A DNA stretch of 64,000 bases from assembly GCA_035532075.1 (NCBI GenBank), contig DATKRV010000003.1, positions 9,083 to 73,082 on the forward strand, given 5' to 3'. Made by a program: the position numbers and the translations under genes. Of the stretch, positions 38,383 to 47,033 are shown piece by piece. This stretch comes from Acidimicrobiales bacterium (GTDB lineage: Bacteria > Actinomycetota > Acidimicrobiia > Acidimicrobiales > Bog-793). Positions within the stretch are counted from its first letter, which is position 1; every line of letters begins with the position of its first letter. The notes below the pieces were generated by a model. The model was not told the DNA's origin. It worked only from the letters and a program-made list of their open reading frames with translations, and did not search any database.

Positions 38383-39614
38383 ACATGGAGAATCAGTCGG
38401 TTCGCATGCGCCGGGTGTTGGTGGTCGATGACGTCGTTCCCGAAGAGGCGCTCGGTGCCGGCTATCCACGACTACTGGAGACGATCGCTCAGATCCAGTC
38501 GGTGCCATCCGTCGAGGTTGCTTTTTTTCCAACCCTGGATCATCGACACGCGACCAATGACCTTGGAGCGATCCGCCCCTGGTCCGGATCGGTGCCGCTC
38601 GAGATCATTGCCGACGATCTCGACCAACATCTCGGGCAGATGGTCTCGCAAGATCGACGTTATGACATCGTGGTGATCTCGCGTCCGCACAACTATGAGT
38701 ACGTCATCGAGATGGTGCACAGACACCTCCCGGGGGTGCCGATCATCTATGACGCGGAGGCGCTCTTCTACCGGAGACTTGAACGACAAATCGTGTTCTC
38801 AAGTGAAATGGAACGACCTCGGATCGAGGTAGCAACGAAGAAGATGCGAGAACTCGAAGCAAGGATCGCCGCGGAGGTGGATGAGCTGGTCTTCGTTTCA
38901 GATGAAGAGGCCGACCTTTTGCGCCCGTTCGCGAGGGGCAACCTCTCGGTCAACAGTCCGCTGTTGAAATCAATGCGCTGGACAGATACTGGCTTTGCAG
39001 AGCGCGAGGGTGTCGTCTTTGTCGCAAGTTGGTCCTCTGGAATAAAGTCTCCCAACGTCGATGGCATGCAGTGGTTCGCGCGTGAGGTCTGGCCGCGTGT
39101 ACTCGCGCGTCTTGACAGTGCAAGGCTTCGGGTGACCGGCGCGAGGCCGCCAGCGGAGGTACTCCGGTTTTCATGTGAATCGATCTCCTTTCTCGGTCGG
39201 GTCGAGGATCTCGGTTCGATCTATGGCAGCGCTCGGGTGGTTGTCGTGCCCAACCGCTATGGCGCAGGGGTGAAGAACAAGACGATCGAGGCGCTCCAAA
39301 GCGGAGTGCCAACGGTATCGACGCAAGTTGGAGCGGAGGGAGTGCCGGTGCGCGGGGCGATCTCCGATGCCGAGGGCGACAATTTCGGATTCCCACCGTT
39401 CCTTTCAGTCACCGATGACGCGACCCGCTTTGCCGAGCGTATTGTCTCGCTCTTGTGTGACGGGTCGCTCTGGCAGCGCGAACGTGAGCTGCTCAAGATT
39501 CAGTGTGAGGAGTTCGATCGCGTTCGTGAGCACCAGGTGTGGTCGGAGATCATCCACCGGCTGCTCGTGGATGCTCCAGCCGACGCCACACTCGGGGACC
39601 TTCATCATGGCTGA
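38379..39614 (+). CDS. glycosyltransferase (GT-B fold, GT1/GT4-like)
   Basis: The C-terminus reads RVVVVPNRYGAGVKNKTIEALQSGVPTVSTQVGAEG. Its start overlaps the citE-like stop by 4 nt. Confidence 0.75.
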   Translation: MNMENQSVRMRRVLVVDDVVPEEALGAGYPRLLETIAQIQSVPSVEVAFFPTLDHRHATNDLGAIRPWSGSVPLEIIADDLDQHLGQMVSQDRRYDIVVISRPHNYEYVIEMVHRHLPGVPIIYDAEALFYRRLERQIVFSSEMERPRIEVATKKMRELEARIAAEVDELVFVSDEEADLLRPFARGNLSVNSPLLKSMRWTDTGFAEREGVVFVASWSSGIKSPNVDGMQWFAREVWPRVLARLDSARLRVTGARPPAEVLRFSCESISFLGRVEDLGSIYGSARVVVVPNRYGAGVKNKTIEALQSGVPTVSTQVGAEGVPVRGAISDAEGDNFGFPPFLSVTDDATRFAERIVSLLCDGSLWQRERELLKIQCEEFDRVREHQVWSEIIHRLLVDAPADATLGDLHHG

Positions 39615-39993
39615 CCGGAATGGTGAAGTCGGCGAGCCAGATCTCGTGACGAGGGAGCTTCTCGAGATCGTGAAGATGCGCAATCTCGAAATAGCGAATT
39701 TTGGCGACGAGGTCGACGAGATTCATCGAACGAAAGACAGACGGATTACCGAGCTCGATGTTGCGCTCTGGCATGAACGACGAAGGGCAGATGACCTGGA
39801 TCGTCGATGGAACGGTCTCGCCCGCGAGTACGAGTCGATCAAAGCTGATCTTGACCGCACGGGAGCCGAGCTGGTGCGCGTCCAGAGCCAGCGGAGCTAT
39901 CGGCTGCTCGTCAAAACCGTTGCGTTTTTCAAGGGCCAGACACTGCGCCGTTCGATACGACAGATGAGCTCACCTCCGAAGAGCACGAGCTGA
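39607..39993 (+). CDS. small coiled-coil protein, unknown function
   Basis: The ATG at 39607 overlaps the glycosyltransferase stop by 8 nt. The product reads MADRNGEVGEPDLVTRELLEIVKMRNLEIANFGDEVDEIHRTKDRRITELDVALWHERRRADDLDRRWNGLAREYESIKADLDRTGAELVRVQSQ.... Confidence 0.5.
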   Translation: MADRNGEVGEPDLVTRELLEIVKMRNLEIANFGDEVDEIHRTKDRRITELDVALWHERRRADDLDRRWNGLAREYESIKADLDRTGAELVRVQSQRSYRLLVKTVAFFKGQTLRRSIRQMSSPPKSTS

Positions 39994-40009
39994 ATCAAGT
40001 GCGATTTCG

Positions 40010-41299
40010 GTGAATGCGCCTATTGTCTTTGTCGAACATGAATCACCGCTCGTCTCTGTGATCATCATCGCCTGGCGATCCGCGCCGCACATCCGGGCCT
40101 GTCTCGAATCGGTCGTCACCCATATCCACGGCATCGCCTATGAGGTGGTATTGATCCTCAATGAGCCCGATGACCAGCTGCGCGAATTTGTCGATATGCA
40201 GACGACCGGTATCCGTACGATCACCACTCGGGTCAATGTCGGCTACGGGGGAGCGGTCAACCTCGGCGTGAACCGCGCGCGAGGCGAATTCGTCGTCTTG
40301 TTGAATGACGATGCCGAGGTGATGGAAAACTGGCTGGAGCCGCTCGTCGATCTCGCACGACGTCGGCCACGCGCAGTTGCGGTTGGATCGACCACATTGT
40401 TTCCCGATGGTTCAATCCAGGAGGCGGGAAGTGCCATCTGGGCCGACGGTTCGACCGTAAAGGTGGGACGTGGCCTTCCCCGTGACAGTCGACGGTATGA
40501 CTATGAGCGCCGAGTGGAGCACTGCTCGGGAACCTCGCTCCTCGTGCGAAGATCCGCCTGGATGGCCATTGGCGGGATGGATGCCAAGGCCTATTACCCT
40601 GCCTATTACGAGGACACCGATCTCTGCCTGCGCCTGATCGAGGCCGGTGGAGAGGTCTGGTACCAGCCCCGGTCGTATCTTCGACATATCGAGTCCGCAA
40701 GTACCAACTTTTCCTATCGTCGTTTCCTGTTCGAGAAGAACCAGGCGGTCTTCGTCCGGCGTTGGCATGAGCTGCTCCACTCTCACGTTGCCTTTGTTCC
40801 CGATGATGATCGCGTTATCGATGAGGCGCGATGGCGGGCGATGGGATCTCCGGTGCGGGTCCTCGCGGTGATTGAATCCTCGAAAATCCCCGTTGACTTG
40901 ATGCTGCTGCTCCAGGCGGGTGGTCGTTGTCAGGTTGCGGTCTTTTCTGAAGAGCGCGTCAAGGACAATGGACAACTCTGCGCTCTCGGGATCGGTCCGA
41001 TCGAGTCGGGCGAGCGTCTCTGTGTCGGGGAATACCTTGCGACCAGCGCAGTGAGATATGACCTCGTGGTTGATCTTCGCGAGCGGGAGTCGCGCGAATT
41101 TGACGTCATCGACACTGACTGCATCCCCGAGACGGTGCTCTTGGTGCCAAGTTCATCCGACGGCAACGTATTGAATGTCACGACGGGTGGATCGAGAGGG
41201 AATGTATTGCCAAGACAGTTTGTGGATTTTGTCGCCTCAATCGAGGCGGGGCGCGGTTCTGGTGTTGGCCAGGGAGAGGGTGATTCCGCTGAACGATGA
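40010..41299 (+). CDS. glycosyltransferase family 2
   Basis: Contains VSVIIIAWRSAPHIRACLESV and VGYGGAVNLGVNRARGEFVVLLNDDAEV. Further on it reads ...GTSLLVRRSAWMAIGGMD...YYEDTDLCLRL. Confidence 0.8.
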   Translation: MNAPIVFVEHESPLVSVIIIAWRSAPHIRACLESVVTHIHGIAYEVVLILNEPDDQLREFVDMQTTGIRTITTRVNVGYGGAVNLGVNRARGEFVVLLNDDAEVMENWLEPLVDLARRRPRAVAVGSTTLFPDGSIQEAGSAIWADGSTVKVGRGLPRDSRRYDYERRVEHCSGTSLLVRRSAWMAIGGMDAKAYYPAYYEDTDLCLRLIEAGGEVWYQPRSYLRHIESASTNFSYRRFLFEKNQAVFVRRWHELLHSHVAFVPDDDRVIDEARWRAMGSPVRVLAVIESSKIPVDLMLLLQAGGRCQVAVFSEERVKDNGQLCALGIGPIESGERLCVGEYLATSAVRYDLVVDLRERESREFDVIDTDCIPETVLLVPSSSDGNVLNVTTGGSRGNVLPRQFVDFVASIEAGRGSGVGQGEGDSAER

Positions 41300-41606
41300 T
41301 GAGCTTGTCAGGCTACGGGCACGCGTCGGCGAACTCGAGACACAGATTGGTCAGTTGCGCGCCATCGACGAGATTCGCGAGGTGGAGATGCAATCGCTTG
41401 AGCACGAGGTCGCGCTGAAGGCGGCATACATCGAGCGGCTCGAACGGATCGAGGAGGAGGTGGTCGCCCCAAAGGATCTCCACATCCGCAACCTCGAAGC
41501 GATCATCGCCGAGCTTCGGAGTTCCGCGCCACAAGAATCTCAAGCGACGGACAGCAAGGTCTCTTCAATCTCGCGCATCGCGGGCCTGAGAAGACGGAAG
41601 AGCTGA
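41280..41606 (+). CDS. small coiled-coil protein, unknown function
   Basis: The GTG at 41280 overlaps the GT2 stop by 20 nt. The product reads VIPLNDDELVRLRARVGELETQIGQLRAIDEIREVEMQSLEHEVALKAAYIERLERIEEEVVAPKDLHIRNLEAIIAELR.... Confidence 0.45.
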   Translation: MIPLNDDELVRLRARVGELETQIGQLRAIDEIREVEMQSLEHEVALKAAYIERLERIEEEVVAPKDLHIRNLEAIIAELRSSAPQESQATDSKVSSISRIAGLRRRKS

Positions 41607-41718
41607 GTCCGTGTCGGTCTGTGAATGCTTGAGTAGTGTTTTTGTGCAGAGAATGTTTTCCTCCTGAATTTTTCTTGAGATTTCACAAGGGTCTCCGATT
41701 CCAAGAAAGTCAACCCGT

Positions 41719-42678
41719 ATGAGCAGGTATTTCATTGCCGGCGGCGCCGGATTTATCGGCAGCAACCTCGTTGCACGCCTGCTCGACGAGGAGCCCGATG
41801 CAAGGGTCGTGGTCTATGACAACTTCCTCTCTGGACATCGCTGGCATCTTGAGGCATTCGCAGATGATGATCGTCTGGCAATTGTTGAAGGCGACATTGC
41901 AGATACGCAGCGTCTCAACGAGGCAGTGTACGGCTCTGATCACCTCTTCCAGCTTGCCGCGAACGCCGACATTGCCGCAGCAGTAAATGACCCCTCGGTT
42001 GACTTTCGCCTCGGTACCTTTCTCGTTCACCAGGTGCTCGAGGCGGCGAGATTGACCGGAGTTTCGAGGGTCACCTACACATCGGGCAGCGGTGTCTACG
42101 GAGATCTGGGCAGCACGGAGATCGACGAAACCTATGGGCCGCTTCAACCAGTCTCCACCTACGGCGCGAGCAAGCTCGCTGGAGAGTCCCTGGTGAGCGC
42201 GTATTGCCACATGTTCGACATCGAGGGCGTCGCGTTTCGCTTCGCGAACGTGATCGGTCCCCGCCAGACGCACGGAATCGTCTATGACTTCGTCCGTAAA
42301 CTCCTTGCGGATCCGACAAGGCTGGTCGTCATGGGCGATGGTTCACAGAGCAAGTCCTATGTGCACGTCGCCGATGTTCTCGACGCGGTCTTTCTCATGA
42401 AGTCAAGACGCCAGAAACCGTTCGATGTCTACAACGTCGGTACCGATGAATACGTCACCGTCAGAGATATTGCTGAACTCGTCATCGAGGTGATGGGTCT
42501 CGGAGGGGTCGAGATCAATTATGGAAGCGAACCGAGAGGCTGGAAGGGTGATGTTCCGATTGTCCGCTTCTCCTCAAAGAAGATCCGCGGCCTTGGCTGG
42601 AACAACTCCTGGTCGAGCCGCGACGCCCTGCGCGAGTCGGCAGTTCGGATATTGAGTGAGGCGCAACAGCCGCATTGA
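41719..42678 (+). CDS. NAD-dependent sugar-nucleotide epimerase/dehydratase (SDR family)
   Basis: Contains GGAGFIGSNL (GxxGxxG) and the catalytic YGASK (YxxxK). Confidence 0.85.
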   Translation: MSRYFIAGGAGFIGSNLVARLLDEEPDARVVVYDNFLSGHRWHLEAFADDDRLAIVEGDIADTQRLNEAVYGSDHLFQLAANADIAAAVNDPSVDFRLGTFLVHQVLEAARLTGVSRVTYTSGSGVYGDLGSTEIDETYGPLQPVSTYGASKLAGESLVSAYCHMFDIEGVAFRFANVIGPRQTHGIVYDFVRKLLADPTRLVVMGDGSQSKSYVHVADVLDAVFLMKSRRQKPFDVYNVGTDEYVTVRDIAELVIEVMGLGGVEINYGSEPRGWKGDVPIVRFSSKKIRGLGWNNSWSSRDALRESAVRILSEAQQPH

Positions 42679-42682
42679 TCGA

Positions 42683-43384
42683 TTATTGGGACAGCTTCGC
42701 GCGAAGGTATCGATCGGTCTCCGCGAGCGATTCGGGAGTTCCGATCTCATGGAAGCGCTCAGTCGCCTCGTAGCCATACAGCTCTCCCGAACGCGAGAGT
42801 CGGTGATAGAGCTCGGCGAGATCGGTTATAGCTGGGCTGACGACGTCGAGCGCCGTTGCCTTCAAAGCCCCGAGCCCAAAGTCAATCCAGGACATCTCCT
42901 CTGTCGGAGCGAATTTGTCATATGCGATGATCTTGTCGTCTTGGAAATTGACGTTGGAACGATCCCACTGGTTGTCATTGAATAGGATGCACATCCCGGC
43001 CCGCTTGTTGCTTGCCAGCCAGGATCTTGCGAAGTCGGCGTAGTTGATTTCCAGGTAGGTATCGCCGTACATGACGAGAAATTGTTCTCCGAGATGGACA
43101 CGCGCCCTTCGAATTGCGCCGAGTGTCCCGTCGAGGTCAGCCGAATCGTAGCTGTAGCTGATGGCGACGCCCTCTCGGGAACGACCGATTCGCTCCTCGA
43201 TCTGTTCCCCGAGATGTCCGACACACAGCACGACCCTCTCGACGCCGTAGGTCGCGAGCAGGCGGATCTGGTGCACGAGAAATGGCTCGTTGGCGACTTC
43301 GATGAGTGCCTTGGGAGTCGATCTCCCGATCTCGCCAAGGCGAGTGCCGAGTCCTCCGGCAAGGATGCAGACAGGTGGAAGCAC
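42683..43384 (-). CDS. hddC: sugar-1-phosphate nucleotidyltransferase, HddC-like (D-glycero-alpha-D-manno-heptose-1-phosphate guanylyltransferase candidate)
   Basis: Contains ILAGGLGTRLGEIGRSTPKALIEV (GxGxRL). It is 233 aa and lies adjacent to the heptose kinase and phosphatase genes. Confidence 0.65.
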   Translation of the reverse strand: MLPPVCILAGGLGTRLGEIGRSTPKALIEVANEPFLVHQIRLLATYGVERVVLCVGHLGEQIEERIGRSREGVAISYSYDSADLDGTLGAIRRARVHLGEQFLVMYGDTYLEINYADFARSWLASNKRAGMCILFNDNQWDRSNVNFQDDKIIAYDKFAPTEEMSWIDFGLGALKATALDVVSPAITDLAELYHRLSRSGELYGYEATERFHEIGTPESLAETDRYLRAKLSQ

Positions 43385-43432
43385 CGAATCTCGCTAACGC
43401 GTGGAGCTATTTACAGAACAGTAGTCGGGCAC

Positions 43433-44419
43433 TTAGACGAGTCCCTGTGCCGAGGCACCGCCGAACTCGAAGTCGAATGGTTGCTCGGTTGCCCCCAACC
43501 CGGCCATCGCCTCTCGCGTGAGCGAGGGAATCGCGGAGTAGACAAGGAGAAATCCGCCCCCTCCGGCACCGATCAGTTTGCCCCCGATCGCGCCATTGGC
43601 CATCGCAATTTCATAGAGGCGATCGATGTGGGCATTCGTGACGTCATCTGAACGGCTGCGTTTGTTCTGCCAGTGCTCGTTCATGAGTTTTGCGTAACCC
43701 TCGAGATCTCCGCATTCGAGCAACTGGCGACTCTTGAAGCCCATCTCTTTCGTCCGGTGAAGATTCTCGATCATCTCTTGGTCCCCCGCGAGGGACCTTT
43801 TGTGCTGGTCCATGAGCACACTCGAAGCCGAGCGGGTCTCCCCCGTGTAAAAAAGCAACATCTGATTGCGAAGTCTTTCATGCGTGGCGCCGCTCAGACT
43901 GAGCGGCTCGACCGTTACGGTGTCGTCGCGGTGAAAGGTATAGGCACAGATTCCGCCGTGGGCGGCGACATAGGGGTCCTGTTTTCCAACAGGCTCTTGT
44001 AAGAAGTCGATCTCGATCTCGCTCGCCTGTTGTGCGAGCTGGGCGGGCGTCGTCGATGTGCGACGACACTGAGCGAGCGCTTTGAGCAGGGCGACGGTGA
44101 ACGACCCTGATGATCCCAAGCCTGTTCCTGCCGGAACGTCGGCGATCGAGGTGATCTCAAGGGGGTCTCCGTCCCAGTATCGCATCAGCGCCTCGCGAAA
44201 GATCGGATGACGGATCGACGATGGCGTTCGGGTCTCTTCGAGCTTTGAGTATTTGAGCTGGAAGATCCGGTTGAATGCGGCGTGAACCAAGATGTAGACG
44301 TATCTGTCGATTGCGCCAGCGACAAGGAAACCTTCGTGCTCGCGAAAGTACGAGGGCAGATCCGTTCCGCCTCCACCAAGGGAGATGCGAAGTGGCGCCT
44401 TCGCGACAATGACGCCCAT
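43433..44419 (-). CDS. hddA: GHMP-family sugar kinase, HddA-like (D-glycero-alpha-D-manno-heptose-7-phosphate kinase candidate)
   Basis: Contains MGVIVAKAPLRISLGGGGTDLPSYF and VPAGTGLGSSGSF (GHMP motif II). The start was taken at ATG 44419. The ORF-track N-terminal extension is His/Arg-rich and overlaps the upstream gene. Confidence 0.7.
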   Translation of the reverse strand: MGVIVAKAPLRISLGGGGTDLPSYFREHEGFLVAGAIDRYVYILVHAAFNRIFQLKYSKLEETRTPSSIRHPIFREALMRYWDGDPLEITSIADVPAGTGLGSSGSFTVALLKALAQCRRTSTTPAQLAQQASEIEIDFLQEPVGKQDPYVAAHGGICAYTFHRDDTVTVEPLSLSGATHERLRNQMLLFYTGETRSASSVLMDQHKRSLAGDQEMIENLHRTKEMGFKSRQLLECGDLEGYAKLMNEHWQNKRSRSDDVTNAHIDRLYEIAMANGAIGGKLIGAGGGGFLLVYSAIPSLTREAMAGLGATEQPFDFEFGGASAQGLV

Positions 44420-44421
44420 TG

Positions 44422-45147
44422 TCAGAGCGAGTACTTCGCCAAGGTCGCGTCCCGATTGAACATCTCGACGGTCTCGAGTGAGTATTGGTCGAGGTCTTTC
44501 CCAATCGTGCCAAGTTTGTCGAGAAGACCGCGTGTCATGGTGATGATGTGACACCCCACGCTGTTTGCCTGGATCAGATTGAGAACCTCGCGCGGTGATG
44601 ACCAGATGCATTCCGTGTCCGGTGATGCCTTCATGATTTCGACCGCCTCGGCAACGATCGGAAGCGGATCTCTCCCCGTGTCGGCAATGCGCCCGGCAAA
44701 GATCGAGATGTACGAGGCCGCCCCGCCGCTCAATGCCTCTGTCGCTCGCTCAACCTGGTCGAGCGTGAAAACTGCGGTGACGTTCACCATCACACCGCTT
44801 GATGAAAGGTCATGAACGAGGGGGATCAGTGTCTCGCCTTTGGTCGTGGTGATGGGAATCTTGACAAAGACATTGTCCGCCCATGAGGAGATGATTCGGG
44901 CCTGTCGATGCATCTCCTTCGGCTCATCAGCGAAGACTTCGAACGAAATCGGCCGATCACCGACGTGGAGCAGAAGTTCTGATGCGAACTCTGCGTAATC
45001 GAGGACGCCAGCCTCGCGCATCAAGGTGGGATTGGTAGTGAAGCCCCTGATTCTCTTGTCCGCCGCGAATTCGAGTATTTCCTTGATAGCTGCGCCATCG
45101 GCAAAGATCTTGGTCTTCAAGGGAGAGCTCGACATTGGCGAAAGCAT
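44422..45147 (-). CDS. transaldolase-family protein (Fsa/TalC-like short form)
   Basis: Contains KIFADGAAIKEILEF, RGFTTNPTL and NVFVKIP (Schiff-base Lys context). Its stop abuts the hddA-like start. Confidence 0.7.
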   Translation of the reverse strand: MLSPMSSSPLKTKIFADGAAIKEILEFAADKRIRGFTTNPTLMREAGVLDYAEFASELLLHVGDRPISFEVFADEPKEMHRQARIISSWADNVFVKIPITTTKGETLIPLVHDLSSSGVMVNVTAVFTLDQVERATEALSGGAASYISIFAGRIADTGRDPLPIVAEAVEIMKASPDTECIWSSPREVLNLIQANSVGCHIITMTRGLLDKLGTIGKDLDQYSLETVEMFNRDATLAKYSL

Positions 45148-45257
45148 AGTCTCCGGGTTAAGATCTGCTCTTCCCAGATGGGCTTGCGACTCGCAGGTTT
45201 GTGCACCTCGACAACGCATTCGGTGTCCAACACGCCTCACCGATGCCAAGCAGATAT

Positions 45258-45845
45258 TTAGGAGCAACCTTGCTCGAGGATGATGTCGACAGCCTCTTTG
45301 AAGGTCGCGCAGTAGCTCGTCGCGAATACGGCGTGTGATCGCTTCAGGGAGGTCGGCGCTCCGATCAGTATGGTGCGCGTTCCTGCGGCACGTCCCGCCT
45401 CGACGTCGGAGTCGCTATCACCGATCATCCATGACGATGCAATATTGATGTTGAATTCCCTTGCCGCGTCGATGAGCATGCCGGGTTTTGGTTTACGACA
45501 CGAGCACGAGAGGGCAAGTTCTTTGACGATACCGTCAGGGTGATGTGGACAGATCTTCCACGCGTCAAGAGCGACGCCTTCAGCTGAGAGTAAATCGAGC
45601 ACGCGTTCATGGATCGCATCTTGTTGAACCATAGAGATGCGGCCCTTCGCCGCGGAAGGTTGATTGGTCACTCCGACAAGCAGATATCCCGCCTCGCGAA
45701 ATCTGATGATCTCTCGGGCTATTTCGCCTTGGAGTCTGACACTCTCGACATCGAGTGGACTCCCCGGTTGGCCGGTGCGGGGATCAGTCCAGAGCACATT
45801 GATGATGCCGTCGCGATCGAGAAAGACCGCGCGAGACAGGGTCAT
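45258..45845 (-). CDS. gmhB: D-glycero-D-manno-heptose 1,7-bisphosphate phosphatase (HAD-IIIA)
   Basis: Contains VFLDRDGIIN (DxDx motif), GVTNQ, the Zn site CPHHP...CSCRKPKPGM, and MIGDSDSDVEAG. Confidence 0.8.
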   Translation of the reverse strand: MTLSRAVFLDRDGIINVLWTDPRTGQPGSPLDVESVRLQGEIAREIIRFREAGYLLVGVTNQPSAAKGRISMVQQDAIHERVLDLLSAEGVALDAWKICPHHPDGIVKELALSCSCRKPKPGMLIDAAREFNINIASSWMIGDSDSDVEAGRAAGTRTILIGAPTSLKRSHAVFATSYCATFKEAVDIILEQGCS

Positions 45846-45858
45846 TGCAACAACTCCA

Positions 45859-46518
45859 TCAAGCGCGCGCGCTGCGCTTTCGTCCGATCACCGTGACGAG
45901 CGGCGGGAGGACGATGGAATCGTTTCCTGGATGGACATCGGTGAGCTCCTCGAGATAGTCCGCGACCGCGCCTCGACCTGCACCCGCAGGCGCCTCGGCC
46001 CATGCATCGGTAAGTTCGAGTCCGAGTGCGACGACGAGCCCCGGAAGCATCGAACCGATGTCGGGATGCCTCGCTCCTGGCATCGACATCGCGGCGCCGG
46101 CGATCCGTCCAGCTGAGGTGATTGGTTCTTGTGCGACGAGGAAACCTCCCGGTCGGACTGCCTCGGACATCTTTTTCAAGACCTCGAGCGGTTCGATGAC
46201 GTGCATCAGCAAGAACCGGCAGAACGCTAGGTCAACGGTCTCCGGGAGCTGGAGATCTTCGCCGGACTGGGTGAGCGCGAAGACCTGTGCCTCGCCAGCC
46301 TCCGCAGCGGCACGCGCCACCTCGTCACACGCGCGTGGGTCGGAGTCGACCGCGTAGACGCGTCCCGTGATACCGACCATCGCGGCAAGGGCGACGGAAA
46401 CATCGCCAGCTCCGGCACCGACGTCGACGCACCGCCAACCCTCCTCGAGCCCCAGCCGTTCGAGCGCGGTCGAGAGTGGTCGCCGATAGACGTCATTTCG
46501 CAGACCGAGTTCGATCAC
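45859..46518 (-). CDS. class I SAM-dependent methyltransferase
   Basis: Contains CVDVGAGAGDVSVALAAMVG (motif I), VYAVDSDP and DLAFCRFLLMHV. Confidence 0.75.
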   Translation of the reverse strand: MIELGLRNDVYRRPLSTALERLGLEEGWRCVDVGAGAGDVSVALAAMVGITGRVYAVDSDPRACDEVARAAAEAGEAQVFALTQSGEDLQLPETVDLAFCRFLLMHVIEPLEVLKKMSEAVRPGGFLVAQEPITSAGRIAGAAMSMPGARHPDIGSMLPGLVVALGLELTDAWAEAPAGAGRGAVADYLEELTDVHPGNDSIVLPPLVTVIGRKRSARA

Positions 46519-46591
46519 GGTTCCACCTTATTCTTGCCGGTGGGCCGCCTTGGCACAATTGGACCCGTCGATTCCTATTAGCGTGCAGGGT

Positions 46592-47020
46592 ATGCGCGTG
46601 ACCATGTTGCTGTGTGACTCTGCCCAGGTGGCAGACGGGAAGCTGTATGTACTGGGAGGTGGCTGGAGCCTGATCGGTCCAGATCCGACACCTTCCGCAG
46701 TTGCGATGAAGATCGACGTCGATTGGAACGACGCGGAGCGCCCGCATCACTGGGAGCTGTTTCTGGTTGATACCGATGGACAGCCGGTGATGGCCGAGAC
46801 GCCCGAGGGTCTTCAGCCGATCGAGGTGCGCGGAGACTTCACGGTGTCGCGTCCAGATTCGATTCCTCCGGGGAGTCCCATCGATGTCTCGCTTGCGCTG
46901 AATTTCGGACCACTCCCGCTCTCGCCCGGCACCCGATACACCTGGCGATTGGTGATCGACGGCGAGACGAATGACAGCTGGATCCTCGCGTTCTCGACAC
47001 GACCTCCCCATGAGGCCTGA
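46592..47020 (+). CDS. hypothetical protein
   Basis: The product reads MRVTMLLCDSAQVADGKLYVLGGGWSLIGP.... The frame is open with coding-like composition. I could not assign a family. Confidence 0.5.
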   Translation: MRVTMLLCDSAQVADGKLYVLGGGWSLIGPDPTPSAVAMKIDVDWNDAERPHHWELFLVDTDGQPVMAETPEGLQPIEVRGDFTVSRPDSIPPGSPIDVSLALNFGPLPLSPGTRYTWRLVIDGETNDSWILAFSTRPPHEA

Positions 47021-47033
47021 CTCGTCGCGCTGA

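Noticed and set aside
43433-44611. The 392-aa version of the GHMP kinase ORF
   Set aside because: The extra 64 N-terminal codons (…SHHHHDTRSS…) overlap the transaldolase-family gene. The conserved kinase N-terminus starts at ATG 44419.
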